This document shows positions 13,839 to 25,897 of a stretch of 64,000 nucleotides of DNA, in pieces. How positions within the stretch are numbered: position 1 is the stretch's first letter; every line of letters starts with the position of its first letter. Under the pieces are notes generated by a model. It did no database searches. It was not told where the DNA came from and worked only from the letters and a program-made list of their open reading frames with translations. This stretch comes from Malacoraja senta (taxonomy: Eukaryota). The stretch is taken from assembly GCA_038087875.1 (NCBI GenBank), contig CM075996.1:2668001-2732000 (forward strand). The letters run 5' to 3'. The translations under genes were made by a program, and so were the position numbers.

Positions 13839-14371
13839 CTGGAAAAGAGGAAAAGGCAATGAAGACTCCAGTCATCCAGTGAGGAACCCAGAGTGAGACA
13901 GCACGGAAACAGGCCCTTCGGCCCAACTTGCCCACACCTGCCAACAATGTCCCAGCTACACTAGTCCCACCTGCCCGCGCTTGGTCCATATCCCTCCAAA
14001 CCTGTCCTATCCGTGTACCTGTCCAAATGTCTTTCAAACATTGCGATAGTCCCTGCCTCATCTACCTCCTCTGGCAGCTTGTTCCATACACCCACCACAG
14101 TCAGACAGGTACATGGATAGGACAGGTTTGGAAGGATATGGACCAAGGTGGGACTGGTGTAGATGGGACATGTTGGCCGGTGTGGGCAAGTTGGGCTGAA
14201 GGGCCTGTTTCTTTGCTGTATCACTCTATGACTGTATGAGGGGGGGGAGAAGGAGGGGGGGGAGGTGGGCGAGGGGGGAAAGGGGGGCGAGGGGGGCGAG
14301 GGGGGGAGAAGGAGGGGGGAGGGTTGTCGTGTGGGAGAATGGGGAGGAGATGGCTGTGCGGACATTCTTAC

Positions 14372-14489
14372 AGTCTGGGGGTAAGAGAGTGGCCGCAGCC
14401 GGTCGTAGTCCTCCTGTCCCGCCGTGTCCCACAGCCCGAGAGTGACCACCACATCATCGACCGTCACCGTGGTAGAGTAGTTGTCAAAG
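14372..14489 (-). CDS. Divergent Rac-like GTPase coding exon 3
   Basis: Acceptor ttctatccgcag; encodes [39 protein letters not shown]; 118 nt; donor GTAAGA. Confidence 0.93.
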
Positions 14490-14516
14490 CTGCGGATAGA
14501 ATGCAACGATCAGTCT

Positions 14517-14664
14517 CGCATGCGGTGAAACGTCACGCAACCGTCACACGCCAGTCCCGCATGCGGTGAAACGTCACGCAACCGTCACACGCCAGTCCCG
14601 CACGCGGTGAAACGTCACGCAACCGTCACACGCCAGTCCCGCACGCGGTGAAACGTCACGCAAC
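14517..14664. repeat. 41-bp tandem repeat, about 3.6 copies
   Basis: cgca(t/c)gcggtgaaacgtcacgcaaccgtcacacgccagtcc repeated. Confidence 0.9.
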
Positions 14665-16785
14665 TCTCAAACCGACACGAAGTGCTGGAGTAACTCAGCC
14701 GGTCAGAAAAGTGCAGGAAGGACCAGCGGACGCTGGTTTAATCCGAAGATAGACACAGGCAGCATCTCTAGAGAGAAGGAACGGGTGACGTTTCGGGTCG
14801 AGACCCTTCTTCAGTCTGATTTTGTGCCTGTCTTCGATTTAAACCAGCATCTGCAGTTCCTTCCTGCACGTGATTAGTGACACCCCTACTGTTGGACTTG
14901 ACTCTTAAACCCCTGAGGGAAAATTATTTCCAAAGATCCTTACTTGCAGGTGAATTGAGCCAGCGTTCAGAGTGGCTCTTTCCGCGCCGACCAGCGATCC
15001 CCGCACTCTAACGCTATCCTACACACACTAGGGACTATTTAAAAATTATACCAAGCCAATTAACCTACAAACCTGTACGTCTTTGGAGTGTGGGAGGAAA
15101 CCGGAGATCCCAGAGAAAACCCACGCAGGTCACGGGGAGAACGTGCAAACTCCGTACAGACAGCGCCCGTAGTCGGGATCAAACCCGGGTCTCCGGCGCT
15201 GTGAGGCAGCAACTCTGCCGCTGAGATGGGCCGAATAAATTTGACTATTTCTTGTCTCTCGCTCCCCACACTGTCTCTGTTAGTGACCGCATGCAAATCT
15301 CTCCCGCCACGCCCTGGTTTGTTCCACCACTTCCTGCCTCAAGTTCCCATGGCAACGACCAGGGGGGGGCGGAAATCCCCGGGGGGTACAGGGGGGACCC
15401 GTTTCCCCCCCCGCCACCTCCTGCATTGAGAGGTGGGGGACGATCCCCCCCCATTTTTTGTAATACGGACTTTATCTGCCTCTTTACATAGAAACATAGA
15501 AAATAGGTGCAGGAGGAGGCCATTCGGCCCTTCGAGCCAGCACCGCCATTCATTGTGATCATGGCTGATCATCCCCAATCAATAACCCGTGCCTGCCTTC
15601 TCCCCATATCCCTTGACTCCACTAGCCCCTAGAGCTCTATCTAACTCTCTCTTAAATCCATCCAGTGATTTGGCCTCCACTGCCCTCTGTGGCAGGGAAT
15701 TCCACAAATTCACAACTCTCTGGGTGAAAACGTTTTTTCTCACCTCAGTCTTAAATGACCTCCCCTTTATTCTAAGACTGTGGCCCCTGGTTCTGGACTC
15801 TTTCTAAAGGATGAATCGGCCCGTTCGCGGGGCCTTTCATCGCCCGGCGCGGCTTAAAATCAAACTGCTGCATCGAGGCGATCGAGGCTCCCGATGTTGA
15901 AGCCCCCGCCGGCCGATGAAAGACCCCGTGTACGGGCCGATTCAAGCCCCACGATTATGGGGCTGCCGAAGCTGCTGTTGCTGTTGCCCACGGCCGAAGC
16001 CTCGCGTGCGTGTGTGTGTGTGTGTCCCCTGCATGTTTTAATAATAATAATAATAATCATTTTATTTACTGGCGCCTTTCTAAAACCCAAGGACACCTTA
16101 CAATGCATAGAATCACAACAAAACAAAAAAAACACATAATCGGAATAAATTAAATTAAAAAAAAAAAAAAAAAAAAATTTAAATAATAATAATAATAAAT
16201 AAAAAATAAAAAATAAAAAAATTCCGTGCCTGGCGAGGTCAGAACTAAATTAAACTAAATTAAGTTGAATGATGAGTCGGCCCGGGTGCTGGACTGCACA
16301 CAAAGCCCAGCCGGCAGGCCAGCTGAGGAGTTTTGGCTCCCGTCCAACTCATGAACCGATGATCGGCCCATGAGAAGGAGGGGTGGTGGTGGTGGTGGTG
16401 GTGGTGTCGGCGGCAAGCGAAGGTCCGAAGGTCGGACAGCTGGGCCGGGCTGCCGACCGACCGACCGACGGGGCCACGGGCGAGGCGTTGCTGCTGCTGC
16501 TGCTGCTGCACTCCACGGGCTGCACTACGTCGGGACGGGTGAGGCGGGGGCCGGACACGACAGTCCCCTCGACCCGAGTAGTAGCGGTCAAATACGGGAC
16601 AAGGGCGGTCCCGTACGGGACAAACCAATTTAGCCCAATATACGGGATGTCCCGGCTAATACGGGACAGTTGGCGACCCAAATCCAGGATCAGCTTCCTC
16701 CCCACTGTTATCAGACAGGGCGGCAGAATGAAACATAACCGATACAAATCGCCGGCAAGGAGCTGACGGAGAAGTATATACTCAC

Positions 16786-16857
16786 ACGGTGGGAATGTAC
16801 TCCTCTGGGAAGGTGTGGGTGGTGTAGGTGATAAGGACAGAGGTCTTCCCAACGGCC
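16786..16857 (-). CDS. Divergent Rac-like GTPase coding exon 2
   Basis: Acceptor tctttctctcctcctgtag; encodes AVGKTSVLITYTTHTFPEEYIPT(V); 72 nt; donor GTGAGT. Confidence 0.93.
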
Positions 16858-17537
16858 CTACAGGAGGAGAGAAAGACGGAGGTGTCAACAGCGGAGCCGG
16901 CCCCACGGTGTTGTTTCCGCACTATTATTGGTTGTCCCGGAGACAGACACAAAATGCTGGAGTAACTCAGCGGGACGGGCAGCATCGGTGGGGAGAAGGG
17001 ACGGGCGACGTTTCGGGTCTTGACCCCGACGACCTTGACCTGACCAAGAATAAGGGGTAAACCGTTTAGAACGGAGACGAGCAAACACTTTTTCTCACGG
17101 AGAGTGGTGAGTCTGTGGAATTCTCTGCCTCAGAGGGCGGTGGAGGCGGATTCTCTGGATACTTTCAAGAGAGAGCTAGATAGGGCTCTTAAAAATAGCG
17201 GAGTCAGGGGATATGGGGAGAAGACAGGAACGGGGTACTGATTGTGGATGATCAGCCATAATCACAGTGAATGGCGGTGCTGGCTCGAAGGGCCGAATGG
17301 CCTACTCCTGCACCTATTGTCTATTGTCTATTGTCTATTGAGTTACTCCAGCATTTTGTGTCTATCTTCAGTTTAAACCAGCATCTGCAGTTCCTTCCTG
17401 CACTTTAATGTCTGTGTGTGTGTTTCATACATGTGTTTGCATGTATGTGTGTATGTATGTATGTATATGTATGTAGACACAAAATGCTGGAGTAACTCAG
17501 CGGGTGAGGCAGCATCTCTGGAGGGAAGGAATGGGTG

Positions 17538-17793
17538 ACGTTTGTATGTTTGTATGTATGCATGTTTGTATGTTTGTATGTATGCATGTTTGTATGTTTG
17601 CATGTATGCATGTTTGTATGTTTGTATGTATGCATGTTTGTATGTTTGTATGTATGCATGTTTGTATGTTTGTATGTATACATGTTTGTATGTTTGTAAG
17701 TTTGCATGTTTGTATGTTTGTATGTATGCATGTTTGTATGTTTGTATGTATGCATGTTTGTATGTTTGTATGTATGCATGTTTGTATGTTTGC
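17538..17793. repeat. 24-bp simple repeat (tgtttgtatgtttgtatgtatgca)n
   Basis: About 10 tandem copies. Confidence 0.92.
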
Positions 17794-18818
17794 AGACACA
17801 AAATGTTGGAGTAACTCAGCGGGACAGGCAGTAATGACATTTAACTTTCTAAATGTAACCACCAAAAAGCTTAATAGCCTAAAACATGGTTATCTGATCA
17901 ACGGGCGTTGGAGGCTCAGTTAGTTCCCCAAATAGAAGGCTTGGGCAAAGAGCAAAATAGCTTTCGCACCGTATCTTGCAAAGCAGCTTGGGTGGGATAT
18001 CAAACAGGTCCTTCGGCCCATCGCCCAGGGGGAAGGATACAGGTGGAAGGGAATGGGGGGAGGGGGGGATTAGGGAATGTGGACCCATTTCACCCTTTCT
18101 CCTTCCCCCCCTGTCCTCTCCCACCTATATTCCTCCGAAGATAGGCACAAAAAGCTGGTGTAACTCAGCGGGACAGGCAGCATCTCTGGAGAGAAGGAAT
18201 GGGTGACGTTTCAGGTCGAGACCGTTCTTCAGACATATATATATATATATACATACATATGTACGCATATATATATGTATATGCATATATGCATATGTGA
18301 TTGTGCATAGTATGTGTGTGTATGTATATTTATATATACGTGTGTGTATATATTTACATGTCTATATTTACATGTGTGTGTGTGCGTGTGTGTGTATTAA
18401 TGAATTTAACTAAACTGAACTAAATAAACAGAGTGCTGAATAGATTGTTATAGCGACAGAAAAGTGCAGATGATTAAAAAACGTACAAAAGCTGAAACTG
18501 GGAGATCAGGATTACACCCTTGGTGAGGACTGTTCTCGGTGCTGGCTCGAAGGGCCGAATGGCCTACTCCTGCACCTATTGTCCAATAGACTTGAGACGT
18601 TAGACTTTAGAGACACAGGCCCTTCAGCCCGTCGAGTCCGTGCCGACCAGCGATCCCCGTACACTAGCTCTATCCTACACACGCTGGGGACAATTTACAA
18701 CCTTTTACCGAAGCGAATCGACTTACAAACCTGCAGGTCTTTGGAGTGTGGGGGGGGTGGGGGGGGGGGGAAACCGGAGCACCCGGAGAAAACCCACGCG
18801 GGTCAACAGCAGTAACCT

Positions 18819-19569
18819 ACTATAGCGCACTCATTTGTTTTCTGTACAAAAATTCAAAAATTTTGGAATGAAATTTTCGAAATCTTTACAAACTTATTTA
18901 AAATAAGACTGATACCCAAAGCAGAATGGATTATCTTCGGAACAACGGAAGATGGTCCAGAACTAAATGTGTTTCAAAAGAAACTAATAGACTATGGGTT
19001 AATAACTGGAAAAAAGCTAATCCTAAAATTGTGGAAGAAGGCTCCAATACCAACTATAAACATGTGGATTTCAAATATGTTCGAAACATTACACCTTGAA
19101 GAGGTAAGACTCCTCCTGGCAGGTAAACCAGATCACTTCCACCTGACGTGGTCGGCATTTATAGAATTATTACAAATATAGGGTGCAAAGGTACCTTAAA
19201 AAAACTGAGGTCAGGTAAGGGGGGATGCTAGTTGAAGAGTTGGTATGTCCCATTTACGTAATGCTCATAAAAATATTTGATTTTCTCTTTCTCCTCTTTC
19301 TCTTTCTCTTTCTTTTCTAGGGTCTATTTCTTAACTCTTTTTCTTTTGTTTTTAATTTTGCTCTTATAGAGTCTTCGTCCTTTTTTGTTGCCACACTTTC
19401 TACACTCTCACTTTTTCCTTCACTTTCTTCTTTCTTTCAATCTTTTCCTTTTCTAGTGTAAAAAATAAATGGAGTACATTAATTGTAAGAAGACATAAGT
19501 GACGAGTACTAATGTATGTGGTTGTAATGTAATGTACTTCTAATAAATAAAAATTAAATTAAAAAAAAA
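18819..19569 (+). mobile_element. 5'-truncated L1-type LINE with poly(A) tail and TSD
   Basis: Open frame 18819-19181 (TIAHSFVFCTKIQKFW..GKKLILKLWKK..W..W, like an L1 ORF2 C-terminus), pyrimidine-rich 3' UTR, AATAAA plus A tail, 11-bp duplication agcagtaacct at 18808-18818 and 19570-19580. Confidence 0.85.
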
Positions 19570-19679
19570 AGCAGTAACCTCAGGAGAGGAAGGAAGGGGG
19601 AGTGGGAATAGCATTGGGAAGATGGAATACCAGGGATAGTCCTTGCACCGCGGGTAGAAGCATCGGAGTCGGCACTCAC

Positions 19680-19714
19680 CCATCACCCACCACCACACAC
19701 TTGATACTTTTCAT
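19680..19714 (-). CDS. Divergent Rac-like GTPase coding exon 1
   Basis: Minus strand ATG AAA AGT ATC AAG TGT GTG GTG GTG GGT GAT GG = MKSIKCVVVGD(G), 35 nt, donor GTGAGT. An in-frame ATG 6 nt upstream (19720, ggggATGg context) could add MV. Confidence 0.9.
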
Positions 19715-19935
19715 CACCATCCCCGCGCCGCGCGCTTGCGGTTCCCCCCTCTGTCAGACGTCGGTCTAAGTCGCGTTCCCCCTCTCTCCTCACTCGCTCC
19801 CCTCGACTCCGAACCCCGGCTCGACTCTGCTCCACCCGCGAGCTTGGAGATTCCCTGGATATCGGTCTCCACCTCCCCGATCCGTTCTCAGCGGAAGGAA
19901 TACTGATTCGCTCGACCAACGTCCCCAACGGCCAC
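19715..19935 (-). promoter_or_regulatory. CpG-rich 5' UTR/promoter of the divergent Rac-like gene
   Basis: GC/CpG-rich non-repetitive sequence immediately upstream of exon 1; ETS-like CAGGAAGT nearby at about 20012. Confidence 0.45.
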
Positions 19936-21601
19936 GTAGGAAAATCAGATTACAGCTGATTTAACTACCAAATAATGGCTTTCAACATTAATGTGGGCTG
20001 TTTGGATGCACCAGGAAGTAGATGAGCCGGAGAGACTTTCAGCACAGAAAGAGGCCCTTCAGCCCATCAGGTTCGTGCTGACCATCAGGTCCCCTTCTAT
20101 ACTATCCCCTTTTAACCACCTGCTAGAAAGGGGAGAGGGGCAAGGTTTAAGGGGGAAAGGTTTTACCCAGTGGGTGCCAAGTGCCGGGGGTAGAGTTGCT
20201 GCCTCACAGCGCCACAGACCCGGGTTCGATCCTGACTGCGGGTGCTGTCTGTACGGAGTTTGCACGTTCTCCCGAGTGGGTTTTCTCTGGGTGCTCTGGT
20301 TTCCCCCCACACTACAAAGGCGGATAGGTTTGCATTCGTTTCGGGAGGGTTAGAATATACCAGCAGAGCTGTAATGCTGAGGCTTTGTAGGCCCTAGTGA
20401 GGCAACACTACAAAGGAATATTGTGAGCAGATTTGGTCCCCAGGAAGGATGTGTTTGCTGGCTCTGGAGAGGGTTTAAGAGGAGGTTTACCAGAATGATC
20501 CCAGGAATGAGTGGGTTAACCTATGACGAGCGTTTGACGGCACTGGGCCTGTACTCGCTGGAGTTTAGAAGGATGAGGGGGCACCTCATTGAAACTTACC
20601 GAACAGGGAGAATGAGACTAAGGATTTGAAGATAATGATAGTAGCAGGAGAAACAGAATTAAGGCAATTATATGAGGAGGGAATAACTACAGGAGGGAAG
20701 GGAGCCAACACCTAAGTTAATTGGTAAACATTAAAGTTTAGAAAGAAAGGAGAGAGAGGATGTGGAGAGGATGTTTCCACTAGTGGGAGAGTCTAGGACC
20801 AGAGGTCACAGCCTCAGAATTAAAGGACGTATTTTTAGAAAGGAGATGAGGAGGAATTTCTTGAGCCAGAGGATGGAATTCATTGCCACAGAGGGCTGTG
20901 GAGGCCAAGTCAGTGGGTATTTTTAAAGCGGAGATTGACAGATTCTTGATTAGTACGGGTGTCGGGGGTTACGGGGAGAAGGCAGGAGAATGGGGTTGAG
21001 AGGGAGAGATAGATCAGCCATGATTGAATGGCGGAGTAGACTTGATGGGCCGAATGGCCTAATTCCGCTCGTAAAAACAATGAACATGAACTATTCACTG
21101 TGAGGGGAACGGAGGCAGCTTTTTATTTAAATGTTGCTGTCACACACAAACTAATTCTGCTCCAATGATTGATGAATGATTGAACATTGATCGTTTTTTT
21201 GCAGTTTTGCTGGCCTGAGATTTGAGAGTTGGCTGGGATTTGAACACTTGGTCTTTAGATCGAGGCAAGTGCGATCTTTATTGTACCAGGCGTGAAAGTT
21301 TGACAACATTCAAAGTTGTTCTGTGACTTTCTTTTCGAGTTTATTCAAATAGGCATTCTGGCCACTTTCCTGATTTGGTAGTTAAATCAGCTGTGAACTA
21401 ATTTCCCTACATCCAGGGCGGTCACAGTGACGCAGCGTTAGAGTCGCTGCCTTACAGCACCAGAGACATGGGTTCGATTCCGACCGCCGGCGCTGTCTGC
21501 ATGGAGTTTGCACGTTCTCCCCGTGACCCGCGTGGGTGTCGTGTTTGATCATTCACCGGATTCAGACAATGGAGTTTGATTCATTCAATAATTTATTACA
21601 C

Positions 21602-22391
21602 CACACACTTGTGTCTCCCCTTACACACTTGTGTCTCCCCTTACACACTCACGTCTCCCCTTACACACTCACATCTCCCCTTACACACTCACGTCTCCCC
21701 TTACACACTCACGTCTCCCCTTACACACTCACGTCTCCCCTTACACACTCACGCCTCCCCTTACACCCTCTCGTCTCCCCTTACACACTCACGTCTCCCC
21801 TTACACACTCGCATCTCCCCCTTATACACTCGCGTCTCCCCTTACACACTCACGTCTCCCCTTACACACTCACGTCGTCCCTTACACACCCACATCTCCC
21901 CTTACACACTCACGTCTCCCCTTACACACTCACGTCTCCCCTTACACACTCGCATCTCCCCTTGCACACTTGTGTCTCCCCTTACACACTCACGTCTCCC
22001 CTTACACACTCGTGTCTCCCCTTACACACTCGTGTCTCCCCTTACACACTCACGTCTCCCCATACACACTCATGTCACCCCTTACACACCCGTATCTCCC
22101 CGTACACACTCGCGCCTCCCCTTACACACTCGCATCTCCCCTTACACACTCGCGTCTCCCCTTACACACATTCATGTCACCCTTACACATTCGCATCTCC
22201 CCTTGCACACTTGTGTCTCCCCTTACACACTCGTGTCTCCCCTTACACAATCGTGTCTCCCTTACACATTCGCATCTCCCCTTGCACACTTGTGTCTCCC
22301 CTTACACACTTGTGTCTCCCCTTACACACTTGTGTCTCCCCTTACACACTCGTGCCTCCCCTTACACACTCGCGTCTCCTCTTACACACTC
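21602..22391. repeat. 20-bp minisatellite (ttacacactcacgtctcccc)n
   Basis: About 39 tandem copies between the two Rac first exons. Confidence 0.96.
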
Positions 22392-25277
22392 CGGCTCAGA
22401 GAATGGGCAGGCTTGGACTGAGAGTTGCAAGGCAGACAGATCCTCCCTCAGTCTTCACCTGAGCTGGTCTGTAGTGAAGGAGGTGATTTAATTTGTCTGT
22501 CTCCCCTCTCCCAGTCCACGCCTCCTCAATCTCACAGCGCCCAAGCTCATTATTTGTGTTGATAGCTTAGTGTAGTTTAGTTTAGTTTACAGAAGCCAAT
22601 TAGCCTACAAACCTGCACGTCTTTGGAGTGCGGGAGGAAACCGGAGCACCCGGAGAAAACCCACGCGGGTCACGGGGAGAACGTGCAAACTCCGTGCAGA
22701 CAGCGCCCGCGGTCGGGATCGAACCCGTGTCTCCGGCGCCGTGAGGCAGCAACTCTACCGCTGCGTCACCTTTAATCTGTCCATCTCGCCCACCCCCAGG
22801 GACTCTGCCAACCTTGCCCGCCCCAGGGGGGGGCTCTGCCCTCTCTTACTAGCCCTTACCCCCCCCCCCCGGGTTGGCATGTCTACCCCAAAGCCCGCCA
22901 TCTGTCTCCCCCCCCAAAAAAAACAAGGAGAAGTGGGCTGCGGCGCCCTCTAGGGGGAAACAAACGACAGGCAGTGACTGAAGTCGCTCCAAAAACACAT
23001 TGATTGTGTTGGAAGGAACTGCAGGCGCTGGTTTACACCGAAGATAGACACAATGTGCTGGAGTAACTCAGCGGGACAGGCAGCGTCTCTGGAGAGAAGG
23101 AACGGGTGACGTTTCGGGTCGAGACCCTCCTTCAGACTGAGAGCCAGGGGAGGGGGGGACACTAGAGATATGGAAGGGCGAGGTGTGAACAGGACATAGA
23201 GCTGGAGAGCAGGTGGGAATCAGAGAGTGGGGGGGCGGCGAGATCGGCTCGAGACCCTTCCCGAAACGTCGCCCAGAGATGCTGCCTGTCCCGCTGAGTT
23301 ACTCCAGCTTTTTGTGTGTGTCTCCGCTTCCTTCCCGCACACAAAGGGTCAGGACCCCTCCCTCAGATTGCAAAGTTGTGCACAAGATCCTGGAGAACGC
23401 GAGGATACAAAGTTTAACCTCAACTGGGGGCGGCACGGTGACGCAGCGGTAGAGTTTCTGCCTCACGGCGCCGGAGACACGGGTTCGATCCTGACTGCGG
23501 GTGCTGTCTGTACGGAGTTTGTCCGCTCTCCCCGTGGGTTTTCTCCGGGATCTTCGGTTTCCTCCCACACCCCAAAGACGTGCGGGTTTGTAGGTTAATT
23601 GTCTTGGTATAAATGTAAAAATTGTCCCTAGTGTGTGTAGGATAGTGTTAGCGTGCGGGGATCGCTGGTCGGCACGGACCCGATGGGCCGAAGGGCCTGT
23701 TTCCGCGCTGTATCAGTAAACTAAACTAAACTCCATCCCCTTTGATGTCTCATTTTCACACCTTACACTTCCTTATCTCTGTGTCTCCCTCTCCCCTGAC
23801 TCTCAGACTGAAGAACCGTCTCGACCCAAAACGTCACCCATTCCTTCTCTCCAGAGATGCTGCCTGTCCCGCTGAGTTACTCCAGCGTTTTGCGTCTGTC
23901 TTCGATGTAAACCAGCGTCTGCAGTTCCTTCCTGCACATAATGTGACTCCTCACCTTGTCTACGATGCATAATGAGGTTCTATAACGAGTGCCTGATGAG
24001 TCAACCCTAGCAGGGTGTGAATTACTATTGTCTGTCACGCACACAGTATGAGCAGAAGCTTATCCAGAGGTTACAACATGAATCATGCTAGATTTCCGCT
24101 CTATCTAAACCACTTGCTGATATAATCATTCCTCAGAAATTAATTCACTTGCTAATACATGTGTAGGATGGAACTGCAGATGCTGGTTTACACCGAGGAT
24201 AGATACAAAATGCTGGAGTAACTCAGCGGGACAGGCAGCATCTCTGGAGAGAAGGGATGGGTGACGTTTTGTGTCGAGACCCTTCTTCAGACTGAGAGTC
24301 AGGTGAGAGGGAGACATAGAGATAAGGAAGGGTAAGGTGTGAAAACAAGACATCAAAAGAGATGGAGTTTAGTTTAGTTTGCTGATACAGCACAGAAACA
24401 GGCCCTTCGGCCCATCGAGCCCGCGCCGACCAGCGGGTCAGGGGGCATAAGTTCATAGGTTCTAGGAGCATGATTAGGCTATTCACCACATCGAGTCTAC
24501 TCCGCCATTCAATCACGGCCGATCTATCTCTCCCTCTCAACCCCATTCTCCTGCCTTCTCCCCATAACCCCTGACACCCGCACTAATCAAGAATCTGTCT
24601 ATCACTGCCTTAAAAATATCCATTGACTCAGCCTCCACAGCCTTCTGTGACCATGGTCTTGCATGGAGAAACAAGGAACTGTAGATGCTGGTTTACAAAA
24701 AAAGATACGGGGTGCTGGAGTAACTCAGCGGGTCAGGCAGCATCTCTGGAGAACATGGAGAGGTGGCGTTTTGGGTCAAGATTCCTTCTTCAGTGTCCTT
24801 ATCTCCAGAGATGCTGCCTGACCCGCTGAGTTACTCCAACACTCTGTGAAACGTCACCTATCCATGTTCTCCACAGATGCTGCCTGACCCGCTGAGTTAC
24901 TCCAACACTCCGTGTCTTCTGTAGTTAAACCGTTTTTAGTAGTTACTGGATCAAGTGCCTGACCCATTGGGTCTGCTCCCCCAACGCACCCTTTCCCGAC
25001 CCATAGCCCCCACGGGAGTCGTGGTCCTCATAGAGGATGAAATCTTCAGTGAAGCTGCTCACTGCTAGCCGAGCCATCGTGACGTCATCGGTTGAAGCTG
25101 GTCGTTTTAAATTCAATGTCTTTTGACTTCTAATCAGTAATGAGTCGAGAATAAGTCGAGGAATAAAGCATAAAATGTTCAGTGAAGATGGTCTCTGCCT
25201 CGAGGGGAAAAATGTCAATCAGAATATGTAAAAATGTAATCGTTACTGCTTAGTGTTTTAGCGAAGATGTACAGACA

Positions 25278-25897
25278 ACCACATATACACTCACATATAC
25301 ATATATACACACACACACACACATACACATATACACATATACACACACATATACACACACACATACATACACACATGTACACACACATATACACATACAC
25401 ATACACATATACACACATATACACACACATATACACACACATATACACACACACATATACACATATACACACACATATACACACACACATACACACACAT
25501 ATACACACACACATATACACACACATATACACATATACACACACATATACACACATATACACACACATATACACACACATATACACATATACACACACAT
25601 ATACACACATATACACACACATATACACACACATATACACATATACACACACATATACACACACACATACACACACATATACACACTCACATAAACACAC
25701 ACATACACGCACACATATACACTCACACATATACACACACATATGCACACACATATGCACACACATATACACACACATATACACACACACATACACACAC
25801 ACATACACACACATATACACACACATATACACACGCATATACACACACATATACACTCACATATACACACACATATATAAACAAACATATACACACG
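25278..25897. repeat. (CA/TA)-type compound microsatellite
   Basis: catatacacaca-type units over about 620 bp. Confidence 0.96.

Noticed and set aside
16260..16766. PolyQ/polyH/polyA-containing ORFs (also 44576-45144 and 52245-52810)
   Set aside because: They come from the CTG/GGT tracts of the GC-rich MITE found in three copies.
8212..19714. Calling the minus-strand gene RHOG, CDC42 or a pseudogene
   Set aside because: It has Rac intron positions and the Rac-type [17 protein letters not shown] (RHOG has [17 protein letters not shown] and an intronless CDS; CDC42 has F56). The frame, splice sites and CAAX are intact.
21536..22491. His/Thr/Pro-rich ORFs of about 300 aa
   Set aside because: Translations of the 20-bp minisatellite.
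24943..25218. 91-aa minus-strand ORF in non-repetitive intergenic sequence
   Set aside because: No recognisable domain, no partner exons and no convincing splice signals; cannot be supported.
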